Source of the DNA: Macrostomum lignano
Lineage: Eukaryota
NCBI GenBank assembly: GCA_002269645.1
Contig: NIVC01000746.1
Location: forward strand, 124,001 to 188,000
Length of the DNA: 64,000 bases
Reading direction: 5' to 3'
The notes under the pieces are model-generated. The model saw only the letters and a program-made list of their open reading frames with translations. It did not search any database and was not told where the DNA came from. Below, in pieces: positions 27,271 through 37,246 of the stretch (position 1 is the stretch's first letter; every line of letters starts with the position of its first letter). The position numbers and the translations under genes are program-made.

Positions 27271-27504
27271 TTGCCTAAACTGCACTATGCATTGCCTAAA
27301 CTGCTCTATGCATTGCCTAAACTGCTCTATGCATTGCCTAAACTGCTCTATGCATTGCCTAAACTGCACTATGCAGTGCCTAAACTGCTCTATGCATTGC
27401 CTAAACTGCTCTATGCATTGCCTAAACTGCACTATGCATTGCCTAAACTGCACTATGCATTGCCTAAACTGCTCTATGCATTGCCTAAACTGCTCTATGC
27501 ATTG
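27271..27504. repeat. 21-bp minisatellite, left block (about 11 copies)
   Basis: Unit tgcattgcctaaactgc(t/a)cta. Confidence 0.97.
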
Positions 27505-29028
27505 TTAGGATTCTTGAACGCTAACGAGTGCGTCATTGGCAAAAGCACGAGTGCGCGAAGCGCACGAGTGCTCTTTGCCATAGACGCACGAGTTGTCGTG
27601 CATGAATCTCATTCTTATTTGATTCTTTCATTTTACATTCTGCCCAAAAAAGGTTATAATTGATATTACTATAGACATTACCCGCTGCTAGCGGGGTGCG
27701 GGGGCAGAGCCCCCGCTGGGGGCGTGGGGCGAAGCCCCCACATTTTAACCATAGACAAAATCAATCTTGCACGCTGGAGATGGTGAGGGGAGGGGGTAAC
27801 GAAAGGAGATTACAATTGAAAGCTAGTTGCCACTATAAAAACAAAGCAATGGTTTGTTTCGCCATATTATGAAGTTGCGAGCGATTGACATAATAAATGA
27901 TAAAGCCTTTCATGCCGCCAATCTTACCATGAAGAGCATTTGCAACGCTTTCCTTCGATCTGGAGGAAGAGTGAAGCACTACGATGCTATTGAGAGTGAC
28001 GACCTGAAGAAGCTCGGTAAATACTTCGATCGTTCGAATCCGGTGCGTCTTCAAGAGGAAGTATACTTTAACATCATTTATTACTATGGGAATAGAGGCC
28101 GTGAATGGTTGCGTGGTTTGAGGTTTGATCGGTTTTGTGAGAAGCGGCTCGCCAATGGACTCTACGCGATTGAGCTTGTTCAGGGAGATTCAAAGAATCT
28201 ACATGGTTCTATCAGCGTCGCCGTCTTGGTTGACAACAAGCAAGCGTTGATGGTGTCAAAGGGAGATTCTGCCAAATGCCCAGTTGAGGCGTTCAGACTG
28301 TACAAGCAAAAGGTCACCGAAGTTGAAGGATGGAACGGAGTGGACTTCTTTCTGCGACCAAACGCTAACTTTCGTTCATCTGGTAAGTGGTACAGCAAGA
28401 GTGCAGTAGGAGTCAACACCCTTGGGCCTCTGATGAAGAAAATTTCTACGTCCGCCGGATTGTCCAAGCCATACACTGCGCATTGTGTGCGTGCAACTGT
28501 AATCACAGAACTTCACGACGCTGGATTTAATGTCGAAACTATCGCTAAAGTGACTGGCCACAAGCGAGGTGCATCCGTCGAGCGCTACATTCGACGAGGG
28601 AATAAACGAGAGCAAGCGATCTGTGCTATGAGCCATCAACTAACGGCTGCCGTGGAGGTGGCTACTACGGCCGACCCTCAAGTTGTAGGCACTGAGGCAA
28701 GTGACCCAGTTGACGTTATCAACGATCCTACGTCGGGCTCGGTGCGCTGTGTGCGAGTTATTCCGGAAAATCGGAAGAATTTGAAGATTCGAGCCAATGG
28801 TGACACCAACGTCATTGAATTTGTATTTGAGTAGCATCTGATCGCAAGCGAAAAACTAGTAATGATATTAACCAATTTTCACTCGTTATTTTCTTGTTGT
28901 CTAAAAATAAAGTGCAATCCTGCACGTAAGATGCATTAGACCTAAAGGATAATTTGCCATAGACAACATCAATTCTGCACGCTTGGGCGTGCCAGATCAG
29001 CAATCCTGCACGCAGAATCAAATAAGAA
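27505..29028 (+). mobile_element. Crypton-like tyrosine-recombinase DNA element inserted in the 21-bp array
   Basis: Interrupts the array in register with TG on both sides. Imperfect terminal inverted repeat, internal 17-bp inverted pair (27610-27626 and 29014-29030), 62-bp hairpin at 27528-27589, and a single YR ORF. Confidence 0.8.
27869..28834 (+). CDS. Tyrosine recombinase, Crypton/DUF3504-like (321 aa from the first ATG)
   Basis: Catalytic motifs in the correct order: R (GNRGRE), K (DSKN), HxxR (HCVR), H (TGHK), Y (VERY). The family assignment is from recalled motif similarity and needs an HMM search. An in-frame TAA at 27836 suggests the N-terminus may be truncated. Confidence 0.88.
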   Translation: MKLRAIDIINDKAFHAANLTMKSICNAFLRSGGRVKHYDAIESDDLKKLGKYFDRSNPVRLQEEVYFNIIYYYGNRGREWLRGLRFDRFCEKRLANGLYAIELVQGDSKNLHGSISVAVLVDNKQALMVSKGDSAKCPVEAFRLYKQKVTEVEGWNGVDFFLRPNANFRSSGKWYSKSAVGVNTLGPLMKKISTSAGLSKPYTAHCVRATVITELHDAGFNVETIAKVTGHKRGASVERYIRRGNKREQAICAMSHQLTAAVEVATTADPQVVGTEASDPVDVINDPTSGSVRCVRVIPENRKNLKIRANGDTNVIEFVFE

Positions 29029-30410
29029 TGCCTAAACTGCTCTATGCATTGCCGAAACTGCACTATGCATTGCCTAAACTGCTCTATGCATTGCCTAAAC
29101 TGCTCTATGCATTGCCTAAACTGCTCTATGCATTGCCTAAACTGCACTATGCATTGCCTAAACTGCACTATGCAGTGCCTAAACTGCACTATGCATTGCC
29201 TAAACTGCTCTATGCATTGCCTAAACTGCTCTATGCATTGCCTAAACTGCTCTATGCATTGCCTAAACTGCCCTATGCATTGCCTAAACTGCTCTATGCA
29301 TTGCCTAAACTGCTCTATGCATTGCCTAAACTGCACTATGCAGTGCCTAAACTGCACTATGCATTGCCTAAACTGCCCTATGCATTGCCTAAACTGCTCT
29401 ATGCATTGCCGAAACTGCACTATGCATTGCCTAAACTGTTGTATGCATTGCCGAAACTGCACTATGCATTGCCTAAACTGTTGTATGCATTGCCTAAACT
29501 GCACTATGCATTGCCTAAACTGCACTATGCATTGCCTAAACTGCACTATGCATTGCCTAAACTGCCCTATGCATTGCCTAAACTGCCCTATGCATTGCCT
29601 AAACTGCTCTATGCATTGCCTAAACTGCCCTATGCATTGCCTAAACTGCTCTATGCATTGCCTAAACTGCCCTATGCATTGCCTAAACTGCCCTATGCAT
29701 TGCCTAAACTGCTCTATGCATTGCCCAAACTGTTGTATGCATTGCCTAAACTGTTGTATGCATTGCCTAAACTGCCCTATGCATTGCCTAAACTGCCCTA
29801 TGCATTGCCTAAACTGCCCTATGCAGTGCCTAAACTGCCCTATGCATTGCCTAAACTGCCCTATGCATTGCCTAAACTGCCCTATGCATTGCCTAAACTG
29901 CTCTATGCATTGCCTAAACTGCCCTATGCATTGCCTAAACTGCTCTATGCATTGCCTAAACTGCCCTATGCATTGCCTAAACTGCCCTATGCATTGCCTA
30001 AACTGCTCTATGCATTGCCCAAACTGTTGTATGCATTGCCTAAACTGTTGTATGCATTGCCTAAACTGCCCTATGCATTGCCTAAACTGCCCTATGCATT
30101 GCCTAAACTGCACTATGCAGTGCCTAAACTGCCCTATGCATTGCCTAAACTGCCCTATGCATTGCCTAAACTGCCCTATGCATTGCCTAAACTGCACTAT
30201 GCAGTGCCTAAACTGCCCTATGCATTGCCTAAACTGCACTATGCATTGCCGAAACTGCACTATGCATTGCCTAAACTGCTCTATGCATTGCCTAAACTGC
30301 ACTATGCATTGCCTAAACTGCACTATGCATTGCCGAAACTGCAGTATGCATTGCCTAAACTGCACTATGCATTGCCTAAACTGCCCTATGCAGTGCCTAA
30401 ACTGCTCTAT
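29029..30410. repeat. 21-bp minisatellite, right block (about 66 copies)
   Basis: Same unit and orientation as 27271-27504, with a variable triplet (ctc/cac/ccc/ttg). Confidence 0.98.
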
Positions 30411-31442
30411 AATAACTTGACTCAACATTGCCTCAATGCATCGCCGAAACACAATTAAGAATGTCACAAACTCGCTGATTAATAATTAAAGACTCCGAGA
30501 CAAAAAAAATGTAAACAAAAAATGTTCGCTACACGAAGCGAGCTGAAAATTCTCTCAGCAAAAAAAAACAGCAAAACGAAATGAGAAAACAAATAGGCAT
30601 AGCCGACCCCCCGTTCCCTGTCCATCACGCAGGCATCCGCCCGGCAGCAGGGGCGTTCGAAATCCTTTTAAATTAGCTCATAATCGATTGTTTCACCCAC
30701 TGGCTGGGGGAGGGGAGGCCCGAAGCTTAGAGAGCTTCATCAGCGAAGTGGCGAGCCGCTACAGGACACACACAGTGAGCTGAGTGGAACACAAGGGAGA
30801 GAAAAATCTGCTCCCATTCGATCCATTTCTCCCAATGAAATTTTGCTTAGGGAGGCCGGGTAGACGCGATGAAGATGCTCAGAGAGACTGACAGAGAGAG
30901 GAAAACACACGCGGAGCATTAGAAATCAATAAAACTAACTGCCAATGTCAATGCAATAGACAGGCATACAGAGTAGTAGTGCATTCTACAGCACACGACT
31001 GACTAATGTGTTCATATAGTACTCAACTTATTTACATGTACAATCCCTTCTCAAGTTCACGAGAGAGATTGATTATTAAAACAAGCAGTGAGAATAGTGC
31101 AAGCTTTCAGATCTGTTCACACAGCACTGCTACAGGCAAATTGCATTAGGATCAACTAAGGATCAGAGAGCAACCCCGCCCGTAAGAATTCTACGACAGC
31201 CGCTCTCAGCTGCAGCGGTCCAGCTTTTAACTAACGATGCGTGGCGCGACACTCGCCCTAACTTGATTAACCCAAGCTAATAACAGGGCCCGGAGGTTTG
31301 AAAGCAACTAGCAAAGACCGCCATTGCCGTCCCAACTTTTGAAGTCGGGCTTTTCATAAGCATCAACACTTTCTGCATTTTTTTAACGACTAGGTAGCCT
31401 GGCGCCTAAAACAGGGACAATCCGAAGCGAAGGCAGATCACA

Positions 31443-31700
31443 GGGGCCGCAGCCCAGCGGTCTAACGCGTAGTCGCATTAATTTGGGGCTGAATTGGAAT
31501 CTCGGCTTGGCTCTGCTCGTGCAATTAACGGCCTTGAGGGCCAATCCCCAAGGTACAGTGAAGTGTACATGCCTAACGATAATATAAAGTTAGGACTGCT
31601 GTACACTCCTGTGTGACTGCGTACGTATCCGCGCGCTTGCGTGCCTGCTCAGGGGAGTCGGCGGAACGGGCAGCAATGCCTCTCGCCGGTTGCGACAACT
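31443..31700 (+). mobile_element. tRNA-derived SINE, copy 2
   Basis: ggggccgcagcccagcgg head (A-box-like) and a body homologous to 21797-22075. Confidence 0.75.
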
Positions 31701-31821
31701 AAGGCAGAGACTCATCTGCCTCCAAAAAACGGGGGCAATCTAAAGCTAAAGGCAGCAGAAGAGTCTGGCATCAAAAAGTTCAAAAAACACTACAAGCCAA
31801 CAGAAAAAAACTATTGCCTAC

Positions 31822-32004
31822 CTCCATAACTGTAGCTTCCAGATCCTCGTGATACACCAGCCGTTTCTTGAGTTTGAGCAACGACAATTCGCAGATGTGC
31901 GCCATCAGGTTGCCCATGCCGTCGCCAGAATGAGCGGAAGTCGGCACCAAGCTGATGTAGTCGTCAAAATTCTTGTTCTCATTCGACAGGCACACGTTCA
32001 ACTC
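31822..32004 (-). CDS. EIF5B: eIF5B coding exon 2
   Basis: tatgcag|GAG...GAG|gtaggc, 183 nt, phase 0-0. Encodes ELNVCL...SLVPTSAHSGDGMGNL...ATVME (G5 region). Confidence 0.94.
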
Positions 32005-33080
32005 CTGCATAGAAATGATTATTGTTTGAGCAGTCAAGGGAATAGTCAGGTGAAATCAACGGTTCCGACGGTAAATTAATTAATAATACGGGGACAGCCG
32101 AATACGCGGATACAGATGCGATCAATCATAAGCTGCCAACCCGCATAGATTTGCTTTTTATAGCGGTTGGGGATCGTCAATATCAGACCGTGTTCACCTG
32201 GGCAGCGGGATTCACTCGCCAACCCAGGTATACGATGGCATGTTGGCTTATTGTATAGCAGGAAAGTACGGGAGGTTGCAAGATTTTTTACATATGCCAG
32301 TTCTAACTGATGCCACCGGAGTCATTTCAGGTTCTAATAGAAAATATGCAGATTTACCAGCTTAGGCCGATCAAGCACTTTAGTAGTACGCTCGTGTTGC
32401 AGCCCTATAGAGGAGGATTGCTACGCTCGTACGATCTGAAGACATCTAATGAGCAATCCGACTTTTCTACAAAGCTGCAAATGCTACTACATAAGGACGT
32501 TGTCTAACCTATTGGTACACGGAGCCTCTTGTAGTACTTAATCTGTCTGAAGTTGTGGCATTTCTATTTGCTTCTTTTCAGACGCATGACCCGATGAAAA
32601 CAGTACCCAGGCCAAGAAGCATCCCAGAGTCACTTGCTTTTCTACAGATTTGCTTCAAAGTCGTTGCAAGTAACACTGGTAAAACAGGAGAAAGAAGTGA
32701 CTCTAAACGACTCTAAAACAATGAAAAGTTACGTACAAGTCGCCTGAGAGTCAATTTGAGGCGTTTCATTGTCTGCGACTCTGTGGTACTTCTATGATGA
32801 TTCTGGGGCTATAGAGTCGTATCTGAGTCGTTCTAGAGTCTAAAGCGCATCTGCGTCACCTTGTGATTAAGAATCGCATTTCGCATTTATAATTATAACA
32901 ATTCTACTTTGTCTAATTGAGTCAGTAGAAAATTTAGCGATGACGCAACGACTCTAAAGTCACAAGAGACGCCCCAGAGTCGCTAGAGCCACTAGTGAGT
33001 TGTTCGCAATGACTCTAGTGATTCCTGTCACGGTACCGTTTTCAACGGGTGAACCCGAGTTACATTAAAGTCACACTAAC

Positions 33081-35015
33081 CTGCATAGCGAACTGCGCCA
33101 CCACCTGGTTTAGCCTGTCCTGGAAATCATTATTAGTGGCTTGAGACTGTTTCTTCAGCGTGGCAAACACATCCGCATTTGCATTCTTTTGCCAGTCGTA
33201 CAGTCGATCGATTTTATTCAGTGCCACAATAAACGGAGTGCCGCGGTTTTTCAACAGCTGAATGCTTTCAATAGTCTGCGGCTCGATGCCGTGCATTATG
33301 TCAACGACAAGGATGGCAACGTCGCACAGGCTGGAGCCGCGAGAGCGCAAATTGCTAAACGACTCGTGGCCGGGCGTATCGATAATTAACAGGCCAGGCA
33401 GGCGCATTTCGTTTTGATTAAACGACTTCACCATCCGTGTGGAGGTCAGTATGGAGGCAGCCGGCACATTGGTGGCACCAATCTGCTGCGTGATGCCGCC
33501 AGCTTCGCCGTCCTGCACGTGGGTCCTGCGCAGTTTGTCTAAGATTGATGTCTTGCCAGTGTCTACGTGGCCAAGCACGCAGACTAGAGGGCATCGAAGT
33601 ACAACGTCCGGCGAGTCGACCGAGGCTTCTGCGTTGGCGATTGCGGTTTCACGACGCTTGGCGATGCGCTGGCGAGCTCGATCAATAGGATCGACATCCT
33701 CGTCTTTGGCGGTCTCTTCTTCTTCGGACTCGTCTTCGTCGTTATCATCATCTGAATATTCATCGCCGTCAGATGACGATCCTTCATCATCGTCCTGGTC
33801 TTCAGCAGCCGCCTTCGCTCCTGCCTGTTTCTCTTTCGGCGTGGTAATAGGCGCCCATTCATCGTTGGTCTCCATTTTATCCCAGGTAGTGTCCATCGCA
33901 GCGTCCTCCCACGATTCGGGCACTGCATCATCGGCCGCCTTCACAGTCTCGATTGGCGCCGGCATTTGTTCCGATGATTGTTGATTTGCCTGCGATGCAG
34001 CAGGCTTGCGCCGCTTCAACTTCTCGTATTTCGGCTTCTTCTTCTGTTGCTGCTCAGCTGGTTTCTGTTCTTGCTGCTCAGCGCCATCTTCAGCAGCTGC
34101 CGGTAGCTCTACACTGCTCAGTTGGATCATCTGCTGCAGCCGCTGCCTATCCTGCTTCTGCTTCTGGGTTAACAGCTTGCCCTCCTCTTTTAGTCGCTTC
34201 TTGCGCTCCTTTTCTTTCTGCTTGCGCCGCTCCTTGCGCTCGCGCTCCAACCGCTCTTCTTCCTCGCGACGAAGACGCTCCTCTGCGCGCTTTCGTTCGG
34301 CCTCCTCCTCCTGGCGGCGCAGCTTCTCCTCTTCCTCGCGCTGCTTCTCCAGCTGCTGCTTAATCAGCTTCGCCACAGCGCTGGTCGGCTTTTTCGCCTC
34401 GCCTCCTCCAGCAGCTGCTCCGCCAGACGCGGCCGCTGCCGCTTTCTTTTCCTTTTCCTTCTCTTTTTTCTTTAGCTTTTTCTTCTTGGCAGCAGACATT
34501 TCTTTCTCTTCGCTTTTTCCACCTTCGCCTGCACCTTCGCCATCAGCCTCGTCTTCCGCCTTTTCTTCCTTGGCTTCCACCTTGCCAGCCTCATCAGGCT
34601 TTTTAAATTCTTCTTGCTGTTTCTGCTCCTGCTTCGGCTCGACAGACTTTGCCTCAGTTTCATTGTCTGGCTTTTTTGCGGCATTTTCTGCTGCTTTTTT
34701 AGCTTTCTCACGTTCCTTCTTCTCTTTGCGCTTTTCTGCCTCGGTCTTCTTTGCTGGCGCCGCTGCGGCAGGGGCCAAAGGCGCATCGGCCTTGGCCGCA
34801 ACGCCGTTCTTGTCGCCGCTATCCGCAGTCGGTGGCTTCTTCTCGGCTTCCTCCTTCTTGCCGGCCTGGTCATCATGATTCGCATCTTGCCCAGCACCAC
34901 CAGCCTTGTCCGTCGCTGGCTTCTTGGGAGCTTTACCAGCCTTTTTGCCTTTCTTCTTGTCTTCTTCAACGTACATTGCTTCCAGTTCTTTCATCATTTC
35001 CTCTTCGTCAGCCAT
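33081..35015 (-). CDS. EIF5B: eIF5B coding exon 1 (charged N-terminal region and G-domain motifs G1-G4)
   Basis: ATG at 35015 in aaaccATGg context (the ORF-track start at 35045 is a TTG). Contains GHVDTGKT (G1), DTPGHE (G3) and NKID (G4). Ends CAG|gttagt. Confidence 0.96.
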
Positions 35016-35047
35016 GGTTTGCTGCTTGTGTGGTTGAGTCTTCAATG

Positions 35048-35062
35048 CTTAGAAATTAGTAA
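35048..35062 (-). promoter_or_regulatory. 3' splice acceptor 32 nt upstream of the eIF5B ATG (5'UTR intron or trans-splice site)
   Basis: Minus strand cttactaatttctaag|cattgaag contains a branch-point-like TACTAAT and an AG. Confidence 0.55.
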
Positions 35063-36524
35063 GATCGTGCAGCCTATTATTTAATGCGCCTATTAGTCTT
35101 TCGAGCTTGCTATTTTGGCAGCGTGCCAAAATGAACATGAAATAGGAAATAAGCTCTCATAAGTATATAATATTAATAAAATCTAGGCTTTCAAATTTTA
35201 TAAATTGGGGGAAGAGCGCCCTGACAATTTTTTTGCTGCGCCGGAATGGAGCAACGCAGGGACACGAAATTCAAAAACACGGGCAAACTTTTTGTTGAGC
35301 ACCTGCTCAAACAATAATTAAGTCGCCAGCCCGCTAGGATGTTGAGTTTTGCCCATTATTGAAGCTTGATAAGAAAAATCTGACATAGTTGCAACAGAAT
35401 CTTCATAGTCACCTGGTGTAATCTGTTGAAGGTGCCGACGGCGTCGGGATGATGACGGAATGCTTGAGAGACTAGCTGAGAATGTCTGGCGGTTGATTCT
35501 TACCCACTGTCGAGGCTTGATCGGCGAAACTAGAGAAATCCGCATCAGGGTGTCCATAGTCACCTGGTGCCACCTGTTGAAGGTCCAGAAGCTCCATCTG
35601 GGTGAAAGCTAGTGACCAACGAAGTCAGAACTGATGCAGACACATGTGGTCGACGTGCTGATGAAATTTGGAGGCTTGGCAAGGCTGCACCGAGGCGCAG
35701 GGCTGATTGGCGCACAGGGGTGTACTGAATACACTAGCGCTTATGGAAAAAATCCGACCTTCTGGCAGAATCGTCGAATATCTCGACGGTCCGGAGGGCT
35801 GGCGACTTGATTCTTGTTTGACAAGGTGCGCAACAAAGAGTTGGCCTGTGTTTCTTGAATTTCGTGTGCTTGCGCAGCAAAATAATTGCAGGCATGGGGA
35901 ATTCCCACCTTGGTAGTTCGACGGGAGTACAAATAGCTTGGTATTACTGCTGTTAAGTTAACCTAAATGAAAAAGGAAAACACAACAGCAAAATGATGCT
36001 TCGCTGACTAATTGCAATTTTATTAAGAAGCTATACGGGAGACACAAGCACCCGATACAAACAGAAATCAGCAGTTAAAATTGGAGCTATCATCAAGCAA
36101 GGCAATTTGTTACTTTGATGCTCAGGCCTCGGATTAGCTAAGACAGGTAAACTAATAATAATTATGTAAGCTAATTTCACTGCTACAAAAAGAAATGAAT
36201 CATTAACTTGAATTTATCTTCGCTCGCACTACTCAATGTGAGTAGTCTAGCAAGTAAAAAACGCAATTCAATTCCAATAAAAGTATAAAGAAGCCAGTCG
36301 AAACAAAATCTAGTCATATGTTTTGTAAAACAACAAAGTCAGTTTAAAATCAAGGCCAAAATTAGAAATGAAACGAATATTTGGTATTCGACAAATCGGT
36401 TATTTTTGGTGGCATTAGTTTGGCTCTTCGTTTCGTTTTTTGATTCGTTTTTAAAGAATTTCCGAATACCGAATAAACAAAAATAACCATTTATGTAACA
36501 TTACATTCCGTATTTGGAAAATCA

Positions 36525-36676
36525 TAGATCCGAATATTCGGTATTCGGAAAATTATGGATCTGAATATTCGGTATTCTGAAAATTATGGATCCGAATATT
36601 CGGCATTCTGAAAATGATGGATCCGAATATTCGGAATTCTGAAAATGATGGATCCGAATATTCGGTATTCGGAAAA
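36525..36676. repeat. 31-bp tandem repeat (5 copies) containing the palindrome ccgaatattcgg; possibly the inside of a MITE in the HACD 3'UTR
   Basis: Unit tggatccgaatattcggtattctgaaaatta, with related cgaata motifs back to about 36370. Confidence 0.85.
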
Positions 36677-36723
36677 TTAAACAAGCGAATTCCCCATCCC
36701 AACAAATCGTCAACTGTCGCCAG

Positions 36724-37164
36724 TTAATCAGCGTGCGGCCTGGCATCATCCAGTCGCAGCATTTTCTTTCTCTGAGCAAACATGTAGCAGTAGAGCTGGG
36801 GAAAGAACACCAGGTAGGACAGCATGATGCCAATCAGGCAGTAGCCGTAATCGAATGCGAAATTGAAACTATTCGGCATGCTGATTGAATAGATGCCACG
36901 CTTGCCAATTATCGGCAGAGCAGCGTAGATGCATAGCAACTCCCCGGTTACGCCCATTGGGTACAGCACAATGAACAGGCTGTAGCGAGCCCACAGTAGA
37001 GGGAATGGCCGGAAGCCGATCAGGTTCAAGGCGTAGTAGCCATAGCGCATGACCTCGGTGACGCTCCAGGCAATGATGAGCAGCATGCAGCCGATGGACT
37101 CGGTCACTGACGGATCCGGCACCGTGTACAGAATGCCCCACACTAGCAGCACCCGGGAGAACAC
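36724..37164 (-). CDS. HACD: Very-long-chain 3-hydroxyacyl-CoA dehydratase (HACD/PTPLA/Phs1 family), exon 2
   Basis: ccgcag|GTG; encodes VFSRV...WSVTEVMRYGYY...RYSLFIVLYPMGVTGE, including the catalytic Y and E. Stop at 36724. Confidence 0.93.
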   Translation of the reverse strand: MFSRVLLVWGILYTVPDPSVTESIGCMLLIIAWSVTEVMRYGYYALNLIGFRPFPLLWARYSLFIVLYPMGVTGELLCIYAALPIIGKRGIYSISMPNSFNFAFDYGYCLIGIMLSYLVFFPQLYCYMFAQRKKMLRLDDARPHAD

Positions 37165-37246
37165 CTGCGGACACAGGTGCGATTTAGTGTTTAATTGTCA
37201 TGCTTGAATAAAAGTACAACAGGCAACCTAACCGATTGTTATGGAC

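Noticed and set aside
27854-28834. Bacterial or phage integrase contamination
   Set aside because: It is embedded in a spliced eIF5B intron and a host minisatellite, and its motifs resemble eukaryotic Crypton-type YRs.
27271-30410. CRISPR-like array beside a recombinase
   Set aside because: The units are contiguous with only a 3-nt variable position. There are no unique spacers and no cas genes, and the context is eukaryotic.
28812-30467. 450-550 aa ORFs (QFRQCI, YALPKL, MHCLNC repeats) next to the recombinase
   Set aside because: They arise because the 21-bp unit lacks stops in three frames. Nothing else supports coding.
31400-31418. tggcgcctaaaacagggac resembles a tRNA-Lys primer binding site (TGGCGCCCGAACAGGGAC)
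   Set aside because: It has two mismatches and an insertion, no preceding LTR ending in CA, and no gag/pol downstream.
32600-33030. gactct/agagtc motif cluster as a MITE in eIF5B intron 1
   Set aside because: Subrepeats are present, but TIRs and a TSD could not be defined convincingly.
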